DNA of 64,000 bases from a virus (lineage: Duplodnaviria; Heunggongvirae; Uroviricota; Caudoviricetes), in IMG/VR virus record IMGVR_UViG_3300042484_000872, positions 48,338 to 112,337 of that record. One strand, written 5' to 3'. The first letter of the stretch is position 1. Each line of letters opens with the position of its first letter. A program made the position numbers and the translations under genes. The notes under the pieces are model-generated. The model saw only the letters and a list, made by a program, of their open reading frames with translations. It was not told where the DNA came from and ran no database searches. Below, piece after piece: positions 1 through 10,104 of this stretch.

Positions 1-1773
1 GCCCTTCTCTTTCATATGTATTTACATTTCTTAATATTCCTTTAGCAATAATAGATTTGTTTGTTCCTCTATCACCTCTAATTATTTTAAATCCTGCTAT
101 ATCAGCTTTTTGATCTGCTGTTAAATTTGATGAATTAACTAAACTACTAATTTGACTAATGTCTAGCTTTACACCAATTGGATATATAGCATCATTTTGC
201 ATTACTGGTTGAAAATTACCAGTGGTAGAATAAGTTGGAGTTTCAAATATAGGACTAACTAATACATCAGGAAACTTATGATGTCTAATTTTTTGATTAG
301 CAAGTTCTCCCCATACATCTAAGTTACAAGGATAAGTTTCATCTGATTCCCAATAAGCAAAGTTTCCATATTCATATGGTGTTGCATTTCCTATTTTAGC
401 ATCTGATGTAGCTGGTCCTATAACAGAAGCTGTATTATATATTTTCCAATAAGGACTATATCCAATTCCTCCTGATTCATAAGTTGGTGTTCCTACAAAA
501 TCTGCATTAGTATTAGGAACATCTGGAAAAGAAGCATCGTAAATAGAATATGCTCTTCCAGGAATATGAAACCCATCAGTTTGTTTTCCATTCTTTAATA
601 AGAATACTATTTCAAATGCATACACTTCATCTCTAAGATATCCTCTAAGATTTGTAGCATTTAATTCATCTGCATAGTTTTCACTTGATGGAATTCTATA
701 TGTTTCCCATTGAAGTGTAACTTGACTAGCAATAGATTGATAATTAATTCTATCAATAGATGTAAGATTATCCCATACAAGAATATCTTGTACAGCTGTT
801 ACATCTTGTGCAATTTCATAATAAGGATATTTTTCAAATATATCTTGTATGACAAGTCTTATTTGTGTTTGATTTTGTCCTGTATATGTAATGTTCTTAC
901 TTACATTATCAATAAAATATGTTCCAACTAATTCAACTGAAGGAATATTATTAACTGTTTTAATTACAGCTAAATTAAAATATTGAAACTGTCCTGATGA
1001 ATCTAAATTGCTAATATTTATTCTAATAGATTTACCCACCTCATAATTAAAATTAGGAGTGGTAACATTAATATCAGCAATAGGTGTAGGATTTGTTACA
1101 GAATAATATGATGTATAAGGATTACCAGATGCATCAGAATATTGTATAGCAAATTGATATGTACCTGAGATAAGACTTCCTCCTGTAATAACATCTGTTA
1201 TTGCTAAAGATGGTATATCAAAAATTGGTTGTAATTTTAATTGATTACAATCAACTTCATTTGTATATAAAGGATCACATAAATCTGTACCAGGTACTAT
1301 AATATAAGGGATACTATTAATATCTAAATATCTTCTTGGATTATATCCATCTGTCCAATATATCTCTGTTGTACAATTTGTAATTTTATGTACTACTTTA
1401 TGTATAGGATGATTGATATTAAAATTAAGACAAGGAGCATCTATAAGCGTATGATAAACACAATCATTATTATCCATATATCCAATCTGACATTCTAATG
1501 TTGTAGGATTAGTTATAAAGAATATGTGTTTATTTTTTTCTTGTATTAGGTGTGTTCCTATTAATACAAACTCATTAGGAAATGTTAAACATAATTCATT
1601 CCCTTGTTCATTTTGGTAATTAACAGAACTAGAATCAAAGTTTTCTACAGCAGCATTTAATGCATAAGTTAATGTACCTGGTTTAATCTGGTTCAAAGTT
1701 TGATCCATATTTAAACCAACCGTAGCATTATTATACTCCAATCTAATATTTCCTTGTTGTTGTTCTTCTGCCA
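1..1773 (-). CDS. large structural-module protein, N-terminal part (ATG at 1773; ORF runs off the left window edge)
   Basis: Reverse-strand ATG at 1771-1773 (MAEEQQQGNIRLEYNN...), apparently stop-free to the window edge by a partial hand translation. The ORF track shows no competing long ORF here. It continues the minus-strand structural operon. Confidence 0.5.
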
Positions 1774-1779
1774 TAATTA

Positions 1780-2751
1780 TTAATTGTTACGTCTTCTACC
1801 AGCTCTATTAGTGCGGTTAGGAAGTTCATACATATTAAATCTATTAAGATCATTCTTAATCCTTCTTTGCTTCTCCCAAGGAGTTTGTTTCTTTATCTCA
1901 ATACTAGCCATGATGAAAGCCTCTTCATAAGCTTGTTTATGATACATCAACTTCTGTTGTAACTGATTAAATGTTTCATCATTAGTTTGGTTAGTAAGCA
2001 TTTCAAATATCTTAAACTTAAGGAATGCTTCTACATATTCTCTTATACGATAATTATCAGGAATTAATTGATTTCCTATCTCATCATACTCTGTAGCATA
2101 AAATATTAAATGTACTACACCATTTCTGAAATTAGTTACAAACTTATTATCTCGTATATCAAATGAATCATAACTAGCAGAGCCAGGAGTGAATTCATGA
2201 ATAGGTGGAGCTTCTGAATAGAATTCCCAATTGTTTGTATATTCCACTCCACAGTTTTGTCTTGCAGAGATGTTTCCAGGCTTAAGTAAATAGTTATGAG
2301 CAAATCCTCTAGTTACACTATTATTTGTCTTATACACTGTTTGTATTAACTCAGGCATACAAGAACCATCACATCCAACATTTCCACAACAAGGACTAGG
2401 AATAGCACAATCAGTAGTGATAGGAGATACCTGAATAGTAGTTGCAGTGGCTGCTTGTGAATAAAATGAATTAGCTGATTGATATGGATATCCAGATACT
2501 TGTGTACTCATCCAAGCTTCTCTAACAGCATAAAAGTTATCAGGAAGTCTAGCTTGAAAATCTTCAATATAAAGAATCTCATCAGTAATTACATAAGTAG
2601 TTCTTCCTAACTTCTTTAGAGCTTTATCTAAATACGTAGGAAATAAAAGATCATCTACAGCACCTGTATCAAAATAAGACTTTAATTCTTCTTTAACAGT
2701 TGAGTAGACAGGTTCTGGACTTATAAAAGCATATTTATAATAGTAGCTCAT
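1780..2751 (-). CDS. hypothetical protein (structural/morphogenesis module)
   Basis: 323-aa ORF tightly packed in the minus-strand operon; no recognisable motif. Confidence 0.55.
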   Translation of the reverse strand: MSYYYKYAFISPEPVYSTVKEELKSYFDTGAVDDLLFPTYLDKALKKLGRTTYVITDEILYIEDFQARLPDNFYAVREAWMSTQVSGYPYQSANSFYSQAATATTIQVSPITTDCAIPSPCCGNVGCDGSCMPELIQTVYKTNNSVTRGFAHNYLLKPGNISARQNCGVEYTNNWEFYSEAPPIHEFTPGSASYDSFDIRDNKFVTNFRNGVVHLIFYATEYDEIGNQLIPDNYRIREYVEAFLKFKIFEMLTNQTNDETFNQLQQKLMYHKQAYEEAFIMASIEIKKQTPWEKQRRIKNDLNRFNMYELPNRTNRAGRRRNN

Positions 2752-2757
2752 AATTAT

Positions 2758-3237
2758 TTAATGTTTCCATTCATGGTATAGGTGTTGATACTTATCGTTG
2801 GTCTTTAAGTAATGTGATAAAAGTCTTGAGGTTAACCTAGAAGGTTTGAAATACCAAAGATCAGAATTCTTAAATCTTGCTGATTGCTTAAACCACATCC
2901 AACCAAAAAAATAACCTTCCGTATGATAATTAAAGTTATAAATAACTTTTCCTTTCTCTTTAGTTTTCTGCCAATCAATTGGTAAGTTGACAAACTCTTT
3001 ACCATCTATGTTATTTTTTAATCTTCTTCTTTTCTTTTTATTGATAGAGAATTCTCCAAAACCATATGGAAGCTTTGCTTTATCACCAGTCTCTAAAATA
3101 TATTCTTTAAATGATTCATTGTAGGTGTATAATATATTCCTCCACTCATCAAAAGTTAATTTTATAGTTGAGTTTTTTTTGCAAAACTGATTATAGTTAT
3201 CTTTGCTAGAGCTTCTCCAATCAATCTTTGTCCTCAT
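2758..3237 (-). CDS. hypothetical protein
   Basis: 159-aa ORF, operon context, start/stop abut neighbours. Confidence 0.5.
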   Translation of the reverse strand: MRTKIDWRSSSKDNYNQFCKKNSTIKLTFDEWRNILYTYNESFKEYILETGDKAKLPYGFGEFSINKKKRRRLKNNIDGKEFVNLPIDWQKTKEKGKVIYNFNYHTEGYFFGWMWFKQSARFKNSDLWYFKPSRLTSRLLSHYLKTNDKYQHLYHEWKH

Positions 3238-3965
3238 TAATTAGTTGGTTTTGAGTTAGGTGCTTGACCATCTATTCCTTCTGCACTAATGTCTGATTTC
3301 AAATTAAAATAAGTAGATAATAGTTTTTGTGAGGTAAGTTGTAACACTTGTTGTTCTAAGTATCCAGGAAGAGCAAATTCTTTATCTAAAGGATTCTTAC
3401 ATATCTCATCATTGGTGTATTGTGGAGATCCACATCCACATTCAGGATACATAATGTCATTAGTTACATCTTCTTCGAAGAATGCTACAAATCTAATTGC
3501 TTTAAGTAAAGGATTGTTCACATATAAATATCCATTAGTAATCCAGAAGTATTCTTCTTTTTTAATTACAGGAAGTTTAAGTAAGTTTAAATATCTATTA
3601 ATAGAGATTTCTTTTAACTTCTTCCCTTTACCACTCATGGCATTAATAGAATAAACTCCTTGAATAACATATTGGTAATTACCTTCTGATATACGTGGGA
3701 GTTTAAATTTAGTTCTAGCTATAGAACAAGGATCTACGTAGTTACAACATTCAGAAATAGATACCTCTATCATCTCTAGACAAGGGATAGTGGTAAATAA
3801 TGTATCAGTAGCCCAAAGCTTTCTAAGATTGGTTTCTCTCTTGATTAATAACAAGGAGTTGTTTCTTATCTCAGAAGCAATTGCTCTATCTGTAATAAGA
3901 CTATCTGTAGAAAGTATCTTGTGGACACTTCTAACATCTGATACTAATTTTCTTAATGTTGCCAT
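3237..3965 (-). CDS. hypothetical protein
   Basis: 242-aa ORF, 1-nt overlap with the downstream gene (translational coupling). Confidence 0.5.
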   Translation of the reverse strand: MATLRKLVSDVRSVHKILSTDSLITDRAIASEIRNNSLLLIKRETNLRKLWATDTLFTTIPCLEMIEVSISECCNYVDPCSIARTKFKLPRISEGNYQYVIQGVYSINAMSGKGKKLKEISINRYLNLLKLPVIKKEEYFWITNGYLYVNNPLLKAIRFVAFFEEDVTNDIMYPECGCGSPQYTNDEICKNPLDKEFALPGYLEQQVLQLTSQKLLSTYFNLKSDISAEGIDGQAPNSKPTN

Positions 3966-3967
3966 AA

Positions 3968-5200
3968 TTATATTCGGGTTTCGAACTCTGCTATTTTACC
4001 TAGCTTACTGTCATAAACTAGAGCAAGAGCTGCACGTACTGAGTGTACGAAGTTATTATCTAAGTGCCATCTATCAGTTCCTGAAAGACTAGGCATTTGT
4101 TGTATTCTTACACCTTTGACTTCTTTAGCCATATAGTGATGTTTATCTCCTGTGTGTATCTCTCTGTATTTAGCATTACCAAAGAAATGACTATATTCAG
4201 GATGTGTAGCAAACAATAAAGGAAGATCATCTAATTTACAATTACCATGGTGCCATCCAATAAATGTATTACCTAACACTTTAGCTTTGATAACTGAATG
4301 TTCTCTGATAAAATCTACATCCATAGCATCTTGAAAATATACATCTAATGCATGTGCTAAGTAGAAAGATTTAGTTCTATCATGATTACCCTGTACAAGT
4401 ACAACAGTTACATCACTAGCATACTGTCTCAGCATATTGATTGTATCTACAAGAACAGAGAATCCTAATTCATACTCTGAATGGTAATCCATTATAGTAT
4501 CTTGTGGTGTACCCTGTGTAGTTTGATGTTGGTAGTTATCAGTATGGAAGAAATCATTTGATATAGGAAGTACAACAGTGTTTATGTTGTAATTAGCTTT
4601 CACTTTACAGATCAAAGATTGAGCCACATTGAAATATCTTAAGGCTCTTGCTTTTGGATCATTGTCACCATCTACACATCTTTTAGCTAAATGGAAATCA
4701 GATAAAGATATTTCTACGTCTACATAATCTTTATCAGTAGTACGATCTTCTTTAATGATTGATACATTAGTTGGTTTGTAGTTTTCTAAAAACTTAGCAA
4801 AGTCTTCAGGAGAATAATCTTGTGGTTGTTTTCTTTTACTAAAGACTGAGGAAGTAAAACTTCCACTTGGTAACATCTTAGACCAATAATTGGTAATGAC
4901 GTATTTATCTAGGTTTATCTTATGTAGCTTAGCTAACTCAAGATCATCTTTAGGTTCAAATGCACTAGTGACAGTACTTTCTATTGTTCCTTTCTCAACA
5001 TTCACTTTTCTAGATTCTTCCATGAATTTAGTAGCAATTCCTACAAGCACATCATCAACATCATCTTTTTCTCTCAGCTCTTTTAGAAGATCATTCACTT
5101 CAAATTCACTTATTCCTAGTTTTTCTGCGTAGAACTTTTTACTTTTCTTTTGCCTTAATAATTCTTCTAATCTATGTAACAAGCTTTGATTTTCAGACAT
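3968..5200 (-). CDS. calcineurin-like metallophosphoesterase
   Basis: VVLVQGNHD (GNHD motif), GWHHGN and HTGDKHH motifs typical of the metallophosphatase fold. Confidence 0.5.
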   Translation of the reverse strand: MSENQSLLHRLEELLRQKKSKKFYAEKLGISEFEVNDLLKELREKDDVDDVLVGIATKFMEESRKVNVEKGTIESTVTSAFEPKDDLELAKLHKINLDKYVITNYWSKMLPSGSFTSSVFSKRKQPQDYSPEDFAKFLENYKPTNVSIIKEDRTTDKDYVDVEISLSDFHLAKRCVDGDNDPKARALRYFNVAQSLICKVKANYNINTVVLPISNDFFHTDNYQHQTTQGTPQDTIMDYHSEYELGFSVLVDTINMLRQYASDVTVVLVQGNHDRTKSFYLAHALDVYFQDAMDVDFIREHSVIKAKVLGNTFIGWHHGNCKLDDLPLLFATHPEYSHFFGNAKYREIHTGDKHHYMAKEVKGVRIQQMPSLSGTDRWHLDNNFVHSVRAALALVYDSKLGKIAEFETRI

Positions 5201-5285
5201 ATGTATTCATATTAGTTAAAAAATATCGTAAAGATAAACAATAGTTTTTATATATTCCAAATAATTTTAGTTAGAGCTGTAATTC

Positions 5286-5308
5286 TTTATAACTAAATTA
5301 GTTATAAA
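5286..5308. promoter_or_regulatory. perfect 11-bp-arm palindrome TTTATAACTAA-a-TTAGTTATAAA upstream of the phosphoesterase gene
   Basis: Read directly: the two arms are exact reverse complements. Lies ~85-108 nt upstream of the minus-strand start at 5200. Confidence 0.35.
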
Positions 5309-5340
5309 ACAAAAACTCCCCAGACAAATGCCTAGGGAGA

Positions 5341-5372
5341 AACCTTAGAAAACCAACAAACTAAGGTTTTTT
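5341..5372. terminator. stem-loop AACCTTAG-N12-CTAAGGTT followed by TTTTTT (A-run on opposite strand)
   Basis: 8-bp perfect stem immediately after the stop of the 5371..5664 minus-strand gene; possibly bidirectional. Confidence 0.35.
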
Positions 5373-5664
5373 AAATTGGTTCAATTGCAGTAGTAGTGGT
5401 AGTTGTAGTTGGTACAACTGTAGTAGTAGTAGTAGTTGTTGTCACTTCATCTAAAACTATATCAATATAATTTGTGCATGTACCAGTAGAAAGAACTCTT
5501 ACTACTGTTGTGTAATCAGGTACAAGAGAGGATGCATATCCTGCTTCTAAAGAAGCTTTAGCTACTCCCACTTCAAATGCTGATGTAAATCCATCAATAT
5601 TTGAATATAAGTTGAAAGGGCCTGAATCAGCCCCAGCTGTTGTTAATGTTAATAATACTGTCAT
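5371..5664 (-). CDS. tail-fibre-cassette paralog: N-domain (GPFNLYSNIDGF) plus poly-Thr linker only
   Basis: N-terminal ~75 aa homologous to the N-terminus of 7085..7999 (GDAGPFNLYSNIDGF...TNYIDV). Ends after the T-rich linker. Confidence 0.5.
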   Translation of the reverse strand: MTVLLTLTTAGADSGPFNLYSNIDGFTSAFEVGVAKASLEAGYASSLVPDYTTVVRVLSTGTCTNYIDIVLDEVTTTTTTTTVVPTTTTTTTAIEPI

Positions 5665-5681
5665 ATATATTTTGGTTTAAA

Positions 5682-7061
5682 TTAATCTTGTATCAATCTT
5701 ACTGATAACCCAACTTTTTTGCTATCAATAGTTAGTAAAGCCAATTCACTATTATAAAAAAGAGAAACTTTATCTGGATTAAGTGGTAGCGTATCAATTG
5801 TTGAAGTCCAGAATCCTGTTTTTTCACGAATAGATTCAAAATCTCCTGTACCACCATTTCTTTGACCTGCACCAAATGCTGTAAAACCACTTGTATCTGA
5901 AGCTCCTGTATTTGGACTATCCCAATGAGCAAGACCAACTTGTTTCATTTTTCCTCCTGCTACAATATCTTCTGCTAATGTATTTATATAACAAGCAAAT
6001 TCAGTTTTTGAAGGAACATGATAACCTACTGGTGCAAATCCACGAGGATCATTAACAGCGTACCAGTTATATAGTTTTCCATAATCTTCATTAAAAGGAT
6101 CATTATCGTACCAACACCATGCACCTGTTGTAAGAGATGACCAAGTAGTTGGATCTGTTACTTGAGGAATTGGATCTCCATTTTGATAGTCTGTTCCACC
6201 ATAATTAATTTTAACAAAACTAGCAATTACATCACATACAGTTGTTGTGGTAGTGGTTGTTGGAGGAACAGTTGTGGTAGTTGTAGTGGTAGGACAAGCT
6301 GCATCAATACAATCAGCTCCTATTGATATAATTACTAATGGATTATCTGCAATAGCACAACATCCACAAACTTTAAGTACTTCAGATGAAGTAATTATAG
6401 TGTCAATAACTTCACCAACACAATTGTTATATGAAATATTATGATCTACTGCACTATTATCTGTATTAGTAAATGTAATACATTGACAAGGAATATATAT
6501 TGTTGTTGTTGTACTTGTTGTTGAACTAGATGTTGTTGTTGTAGTATTACATGGACCTGTTGGTGTAGCATTAACTACTCCAGGAACAATAAGTTCACTA
6601 GCTGTTTCAATACAAACTGCTGTAATTCCTGGCAATAATACTACTGGTGTAGAAAGACCTGTTACACAATCAGTAACTGATATAATAACTGTATCTAAAG
6701 ATAAGTTATCTAAATTATATCCTTGACAAGGATATGCAGTTGATGTACTAGTAGTAGTGGTAGTTGAATCAATACAACCCCACACTGTTTCACAATCTAC
6801 AGAGTTATTAACTATTGTTGTAAATTGATTATATAAGTTAACATTATTAAGTATATTATTAATAATAGTTTCTACCATTCCAGGTCCACATATAAAAGAA
6901 TCAATTTTTATAAATGCTTCAGTGACAGTATCACAATTTGAAATACCTGTACATCCTAATTCAGGACCTACATACACCACTTCATCAGAAGAAGTTTTAC
7001 ATCCACAAGGATTTGGATTTCCACATCCACAAGTGTTAACAATATTATTTGAACAAGACAT
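5682..7061 (-). CDS. tail fibre / receptor-binding-like protein, Cys-rich N-domain, Thr-rich linkers, C-terminal FISUMP (Fib_succ_major-like) domain
   Basis: C-terminus has YGKLYNWYA, GYHVPSKTEF, GGKMKQVGLAHW, SGFTAFGAGQRNG and GLSVRLIQD, matching the Fibrobacter-succinogenes-major-paralogous-domain pattern. Starts MSCSNN. Confidence 0.6.
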   Translation of the reverse strand: MSCSNNIVNTCGCGNPNPCGCKTSSDEVVYVGPELGCTGISNCDTVTEAFIKIDSFICGPGMVETIINNILNNVNLYNQFTTIVNNSVDCETVWGCIDSTTTTTSTSTAYPCQGYNLDNLSLDTVIISVTDCVTGLSTPVVLLPGITAVCIETASELIVPGVVNATPTGPCNTTTTTSSSTTSTTTTIYIPCQCITFTNTDNSAVDHNISYNNCVGEVIDTIITSSEVLKVCGCCAIADNPLVIISIGADCIDAACPTTTTTTTVPPTTTTTTTVCDVIASFVKINYGGTDYQNGDPIPQVTDPTTWSSLTTGAWCWYDNDPFNEDYGKLYNWYAVNDPRGFAPVGYHVPSKTEFACYINTLAEDIVAGGKMKQVGLAHWDSPNTGASDTSGFTAFGAGQRNGGTGDFESIREKTGFWTSTIDTLPLNPDKVSLFYNSELALLTIDSKKVGLSVRLIQD

Positions 7062-7084
7062 ATTTTTTATTTTTAGTTTTTAAT

Positions 7085-7999
7085 TTAATCTGCAGCTACA
7101 CGTACTGTGTAACCTGTACTTTTTATTGTATCTGATGCATATAAAGTAGCATTATAATAATAAAGACCTCTATAATATGCATTAGTTGAATTTATTTCAC
7201 TAGCTGTCCAAAAAGTTGCAAAATCTCCAAACCCATAAAATGAACCAGTGACACCATTACGATTTCCTACAGGAAGTGCTGTAAATCCTGTACTATTTGT
7301 TGCACCTGTATTTGGACTAGCCCAGTTTGTAAGACCCACTTGTTTCATCTTACCACCAAGTGTGTTTGGAAAATTTATTGGGTTTACAGAATAATAGTAA
7401 CACCACCATTCATTATTAGTTGGTACATGATATCCTAATGGAGCTAAACCTCTTGGGTCATTAACAGCATACCAATTGTATATTTTACCATACAAAGCAT
7501 CGTTTGCTGGGTCATTATTATAGTGACACCATGCTCCAGTGGTTAAAGCTGCCCATCCAGCATTTGGTCCAGTACCTACACTTACATATTCAGGAATAGG
7601 ATCTCCATTTCTATATGTATCTACATTAAGATTTGTAGGTGCAAATACTGGAACTTTACAAGTGGTTGTAGTTGTAGTAGTTGGTCCAGGTACTGCAGTG
7701 GTTGTAGTGGTAGTGGTTGAACTTGTACTTGTGCTTGTAGTGGTTGTAGAAGATGTACTTGTTGTTGTAGTGGTAATTAAGTTAATTATTACATCAATAT
7801 AATTCGTACAAGGAGTAATAGATTTAATTCTAATCACTGTTGTTCCATTAGGAACTAATGAAGAAGTGTATCCAGCTTCTAAAGCTGCGGCAGATATATT
7901 TGTTTCAAATGGAGTGATGAATCCATCTATGTTTGAATAAAGATTGAATGGTCCTGCATCACCTCCTATTGGTATAACTATTGTTATTATTGTTGTCAT
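7085..7999 (-). CDS. tail fibre-like protein: N-domain + poly-Thr/Ser linker + FISUMP domain
   Basis: C-terminus YGKIYNWYAVNDPRG...GYHVPTNNEW...GGKMKQVGLTNW...TGFTALPVGNRNG...GYTVRVAAD. N-domain shared with 5371..5664. Confidence 0.6.
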   Translation of the reverse strand: MTTIITIVIPIGGDAGPFNLYSNIDGFITPFETNISAAALEAGYTSSLVPNGTTVIRIKSITPCTNYIDVIINLITTTTTSTSSTTTTSTSTSSTTTTTTTAVPGPTTTTTTTCKVPVFAPTNLNVDTYRNGDPIPEYVSVGTGPNAGWAALTTGAWCHYNNDPANDALYGKIYNWYAVNDPRGLAPLGYHVPTNNEWWCYYYSVNPINFPNTLGGKMKQVGLTNWASPNTGATNSTGFTALPVGNRNGVTGSFYGFGDFATFWTASEINSTNAYYRGLYYYNATLYASDTIKSTGYTVRVAAD

Positions 8000-8016
8000 A
8001 TTATTTTATTTATTAA

Positions 8017-9021
8017 CTAAACAGCATCTGGTAAAGGTGGTGACGGATTTGGAATATTACATTTTAATGTATCACCACACAACACTGTAGTAGAACCATA
8101 AATAAATGCATGCGGTGTAGTAAGATGAATAAGTTGTATTACACCACAATGTATTGTTGTATATCCTTCAGCTTCTCTAATATATTGTACTGTATTACCA
8201 ACTACAAATGTTTGTCCAGCTACTGGTGCATCATCATAAAATCCTTCACCACATTCTTGTATTAAATAACAATTTTGAGGAGGAGGTGGTAAAGTTGTAG
8301 TAGAAGTGGTAGTAGTAGATGTACTAGTACTAGTGCTACTAGATGTAGTTGTAGTGGTAGTAATCTCATCAGCATCTCCTGTGAATGAACAATCTAACAC
8401 TGTAGTAGTGGTGGTGGTTGTAGCACAAGCTGCTCCAGTTATAACTATTGCATTAACTAATGTAAGTGATGTATTTAAAATACAACCTGTATACACCGTA
8501 GTACCAGAACTTATTATAATTCCTCCAACTGGAACACCTTCACAATTTAATGCAATCCAACTAGCATCATTTAATATTGATTCTATTGTATAATTAACAC
8601 AAGCTAAAGCAACTGTTGTTGTAGTGGTAGTGGTTGAACTAGATGTAGAAGTAGTAGTTGATGTGCTTGTACTGGTAGAACTAGATGTTGTTGTTGTAGT
8701 TGATGGAGGTGGTGGTCCACATTGAATAATTGTTTCACAATTAATTGCACCATTTATTATTGCTATGAATTCAGAATACTCTTGAGGATTATCTTGAATC
8801 ATATCTAATATATGTTGTGTTAATTCTATTCCACATATGAAATAATCTAACTCTTGAAAAGCTACACTAATGTTATCTTGGTTATTAATTCCTGAACAAG
8901 ATAAATTTTCACCATCATAAACCAAATCATCTGTAGTTAAACCATCATGGTTACATACAGAAGAATTTGGATTAGTTGGAGTTTCATTGCAATTACAATC
9001 TGATGGTAAAAACTTCCACAT
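8017..9021 (-). CDS. tail fibre-like paralog (Cys-rich N-domain, two Thr/Ser linkers, distinct C-terminal domain)
   Basis: N-terminal domain resembles those of 5682..7061 and 9025..10104 (paired Cys motifs, ...FICG...). Long S/T tracts. Confidence 0.5.
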   Translation of the reverse strand: MWKFLPSDCNCNETPTNPNSSVCNHDGLTTDDLVYDGENLSCSGINNQDNISVAFQELDYFICGIELTQHILDMIQDNPQEYSEFIAIINGAINCETIIQCGPPPPSTTTTTSSSTSTSTSTTTSTSSSTTTTTTTVALACVNYTIESILNDASWIALNCEGVPVGGIIISSGTTVYTGCILNTSLTLVNAIVITGAACATTTTTTTVLDCSFTGDADEITTTTTTSSSTSTSTSTTTTSTTTLPPPPQNCYLIQECGEGFYDDAPVAGQTFVVGNTVQYIREAEGYTTIHCGVIQLIHLTTPHAFIYGSTTVLCGDTLKCNIPNPSPPLPDAV

Positions 9022-9024
9022 AAT

Positions 9025-10104
9025 TTAAGGAATATATATTATATAATAACAACCTCTACTTGGTTGAATATTTGAATGAGGTAATCCACCACCAATGTTA
9101 CCAGCAGTTGCAGTTACACCCACTGTAATATTTGTTACATTAGTTGTAGTATCTCCTACAACACCTTGTCCATTATCTACTTTAGGATGAAGATTTCCTG
9201 AAGCACCACCTTGAACATTATGAAAGTGTCCAGGATCAGTGACAGTAACATTAGTTGTTATAGGATGTGCATGTGAAGGCATTTGTGTAACACCTAATAC
9301 AACTTCATTAGTTCCAGTAATTGTAGTTACTGTATATGTTGGATTACCTCCACCAGGCTGAACTACAGGATCAAATGCAGCAGCACTCATTGTTGTAGCT
9401 CCAACTAAAGTTCTTCCTCTTAAATCAGGAACACCAGGGTTTTGACCATTACATAAAAATATCCTTGCATAATCTCCTAAACCAGCTCCAGATGCATCAA
9501 AATTACCTAAACTTCCAAAATATGGAACTGCTGTGTAAGGAACCATTCTAGAACTATATAATGTAAATGTAGGATCACTGTTTATATAAGCTTCTATATA
9601 ATTATCAATATTAGCAATTGTTACATACTGTGTATGCACTTCTAATATTAAAGCTGCTAACGTTGTATTAATAGCACATATTTTATCAATTGTAGCTTGT
9701 AGGACATTATGTGTACCACCAGAAGCTGTAACTCCTGTAACACATCCTAATGTATAATCAGCGTTTAAATCTTCTATATCAGCAACAATTAAATCAATTT
9801 GATCTTGGAGGTCACATGTAGCTTTAATAATAGCTGTAAGCACTTCATTTAATGTAAATCCTGTACACTGTGTGCAAGTTGGTAAATATTTACTTACTAC
9901 ATTACAAATAATGTTATTATCTATAATAGGTTTAATACCTGTTCCATTAAGTACAGGAACAAGAAAGTTAACTATTGCATTTTCAACAGACAATAAAGAA
10001 TCTCCGTGAAGAATACCTAACTCAGGAACATTTATTCCTGTATATTTAATGCACTGATCTGAAATAGTCTCAGCACATCCATTAAAACAATTTGAACAAC
10101 TCAT
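9025..10104 (-). CDS. tail fibre protein with phage tail-collar domain
   Basis: FLCNGQNPGVPDLRGRTLVG...GVTQMPSHAHP...GGGLPHSNIQPS matches tail-collar domain signatures. N-terminus MSCSNC is shared with the other paralogs. Confidence 0.65.
   Translation of the reverse strand: MSCSNCFNGCAETISDQCIKYTGINVPELGILHGDSLLSVENAIVNFLVPVLNGTGIKPIIDNNIICNVVSKYLPTCTQCTGFTLNEVLTAIIKATCDLQDQIDLIVADIEDLNADYTLGCVTGVTASGGTHNVLQATIDKICAINTTLAALILEVHTQYVTIANIDNYIEAYINSDPTFTLYSSRMVPYTAVPYFGSLGNFDASGAGLGDYARIFLCNGQNPGVPDLRGRTLVGATTMSAAAFDPVVQPGGGNPTYTVTTITGTNEVVLGVTQMPSHAHPITTNVTVTDPGHFHNVQGGASGNLHPKVDNGQGVVGDTTTNVTNITVGVTATAGNIGGGLPHSNIQPSRGCYYIIYIP

Noticed and set aside
710-931. Many short ORFs antisense to or nested in large genes (for example 710..931, 3412..3654, 3790..4092, 4890..5132, 14338..14550, 16880..17203, 20002..20385, 21226..21468, 26046..26303, 30445..30678, 32114..32509, 40999..41385, 55607..55900)
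   Set aside because: Fully contained in longer, operon-consistent ORFs on the other strand, low-complexity translations, against the strict strand polarity of each arm.
7539-7802. Plus-strand ORFs encoding poly-Val/poly-Leu tracts (7539..7802, 8306..8593, 6247..6444, 11149..11331, 17735..18025 and similar)
   Set aside because: They are antisense to the poly-Thr/Ser or poly-Gln coding tracts of the real minus-strand genes (ACN/GTN codon mirror) and lie fully inside longer ORFs.
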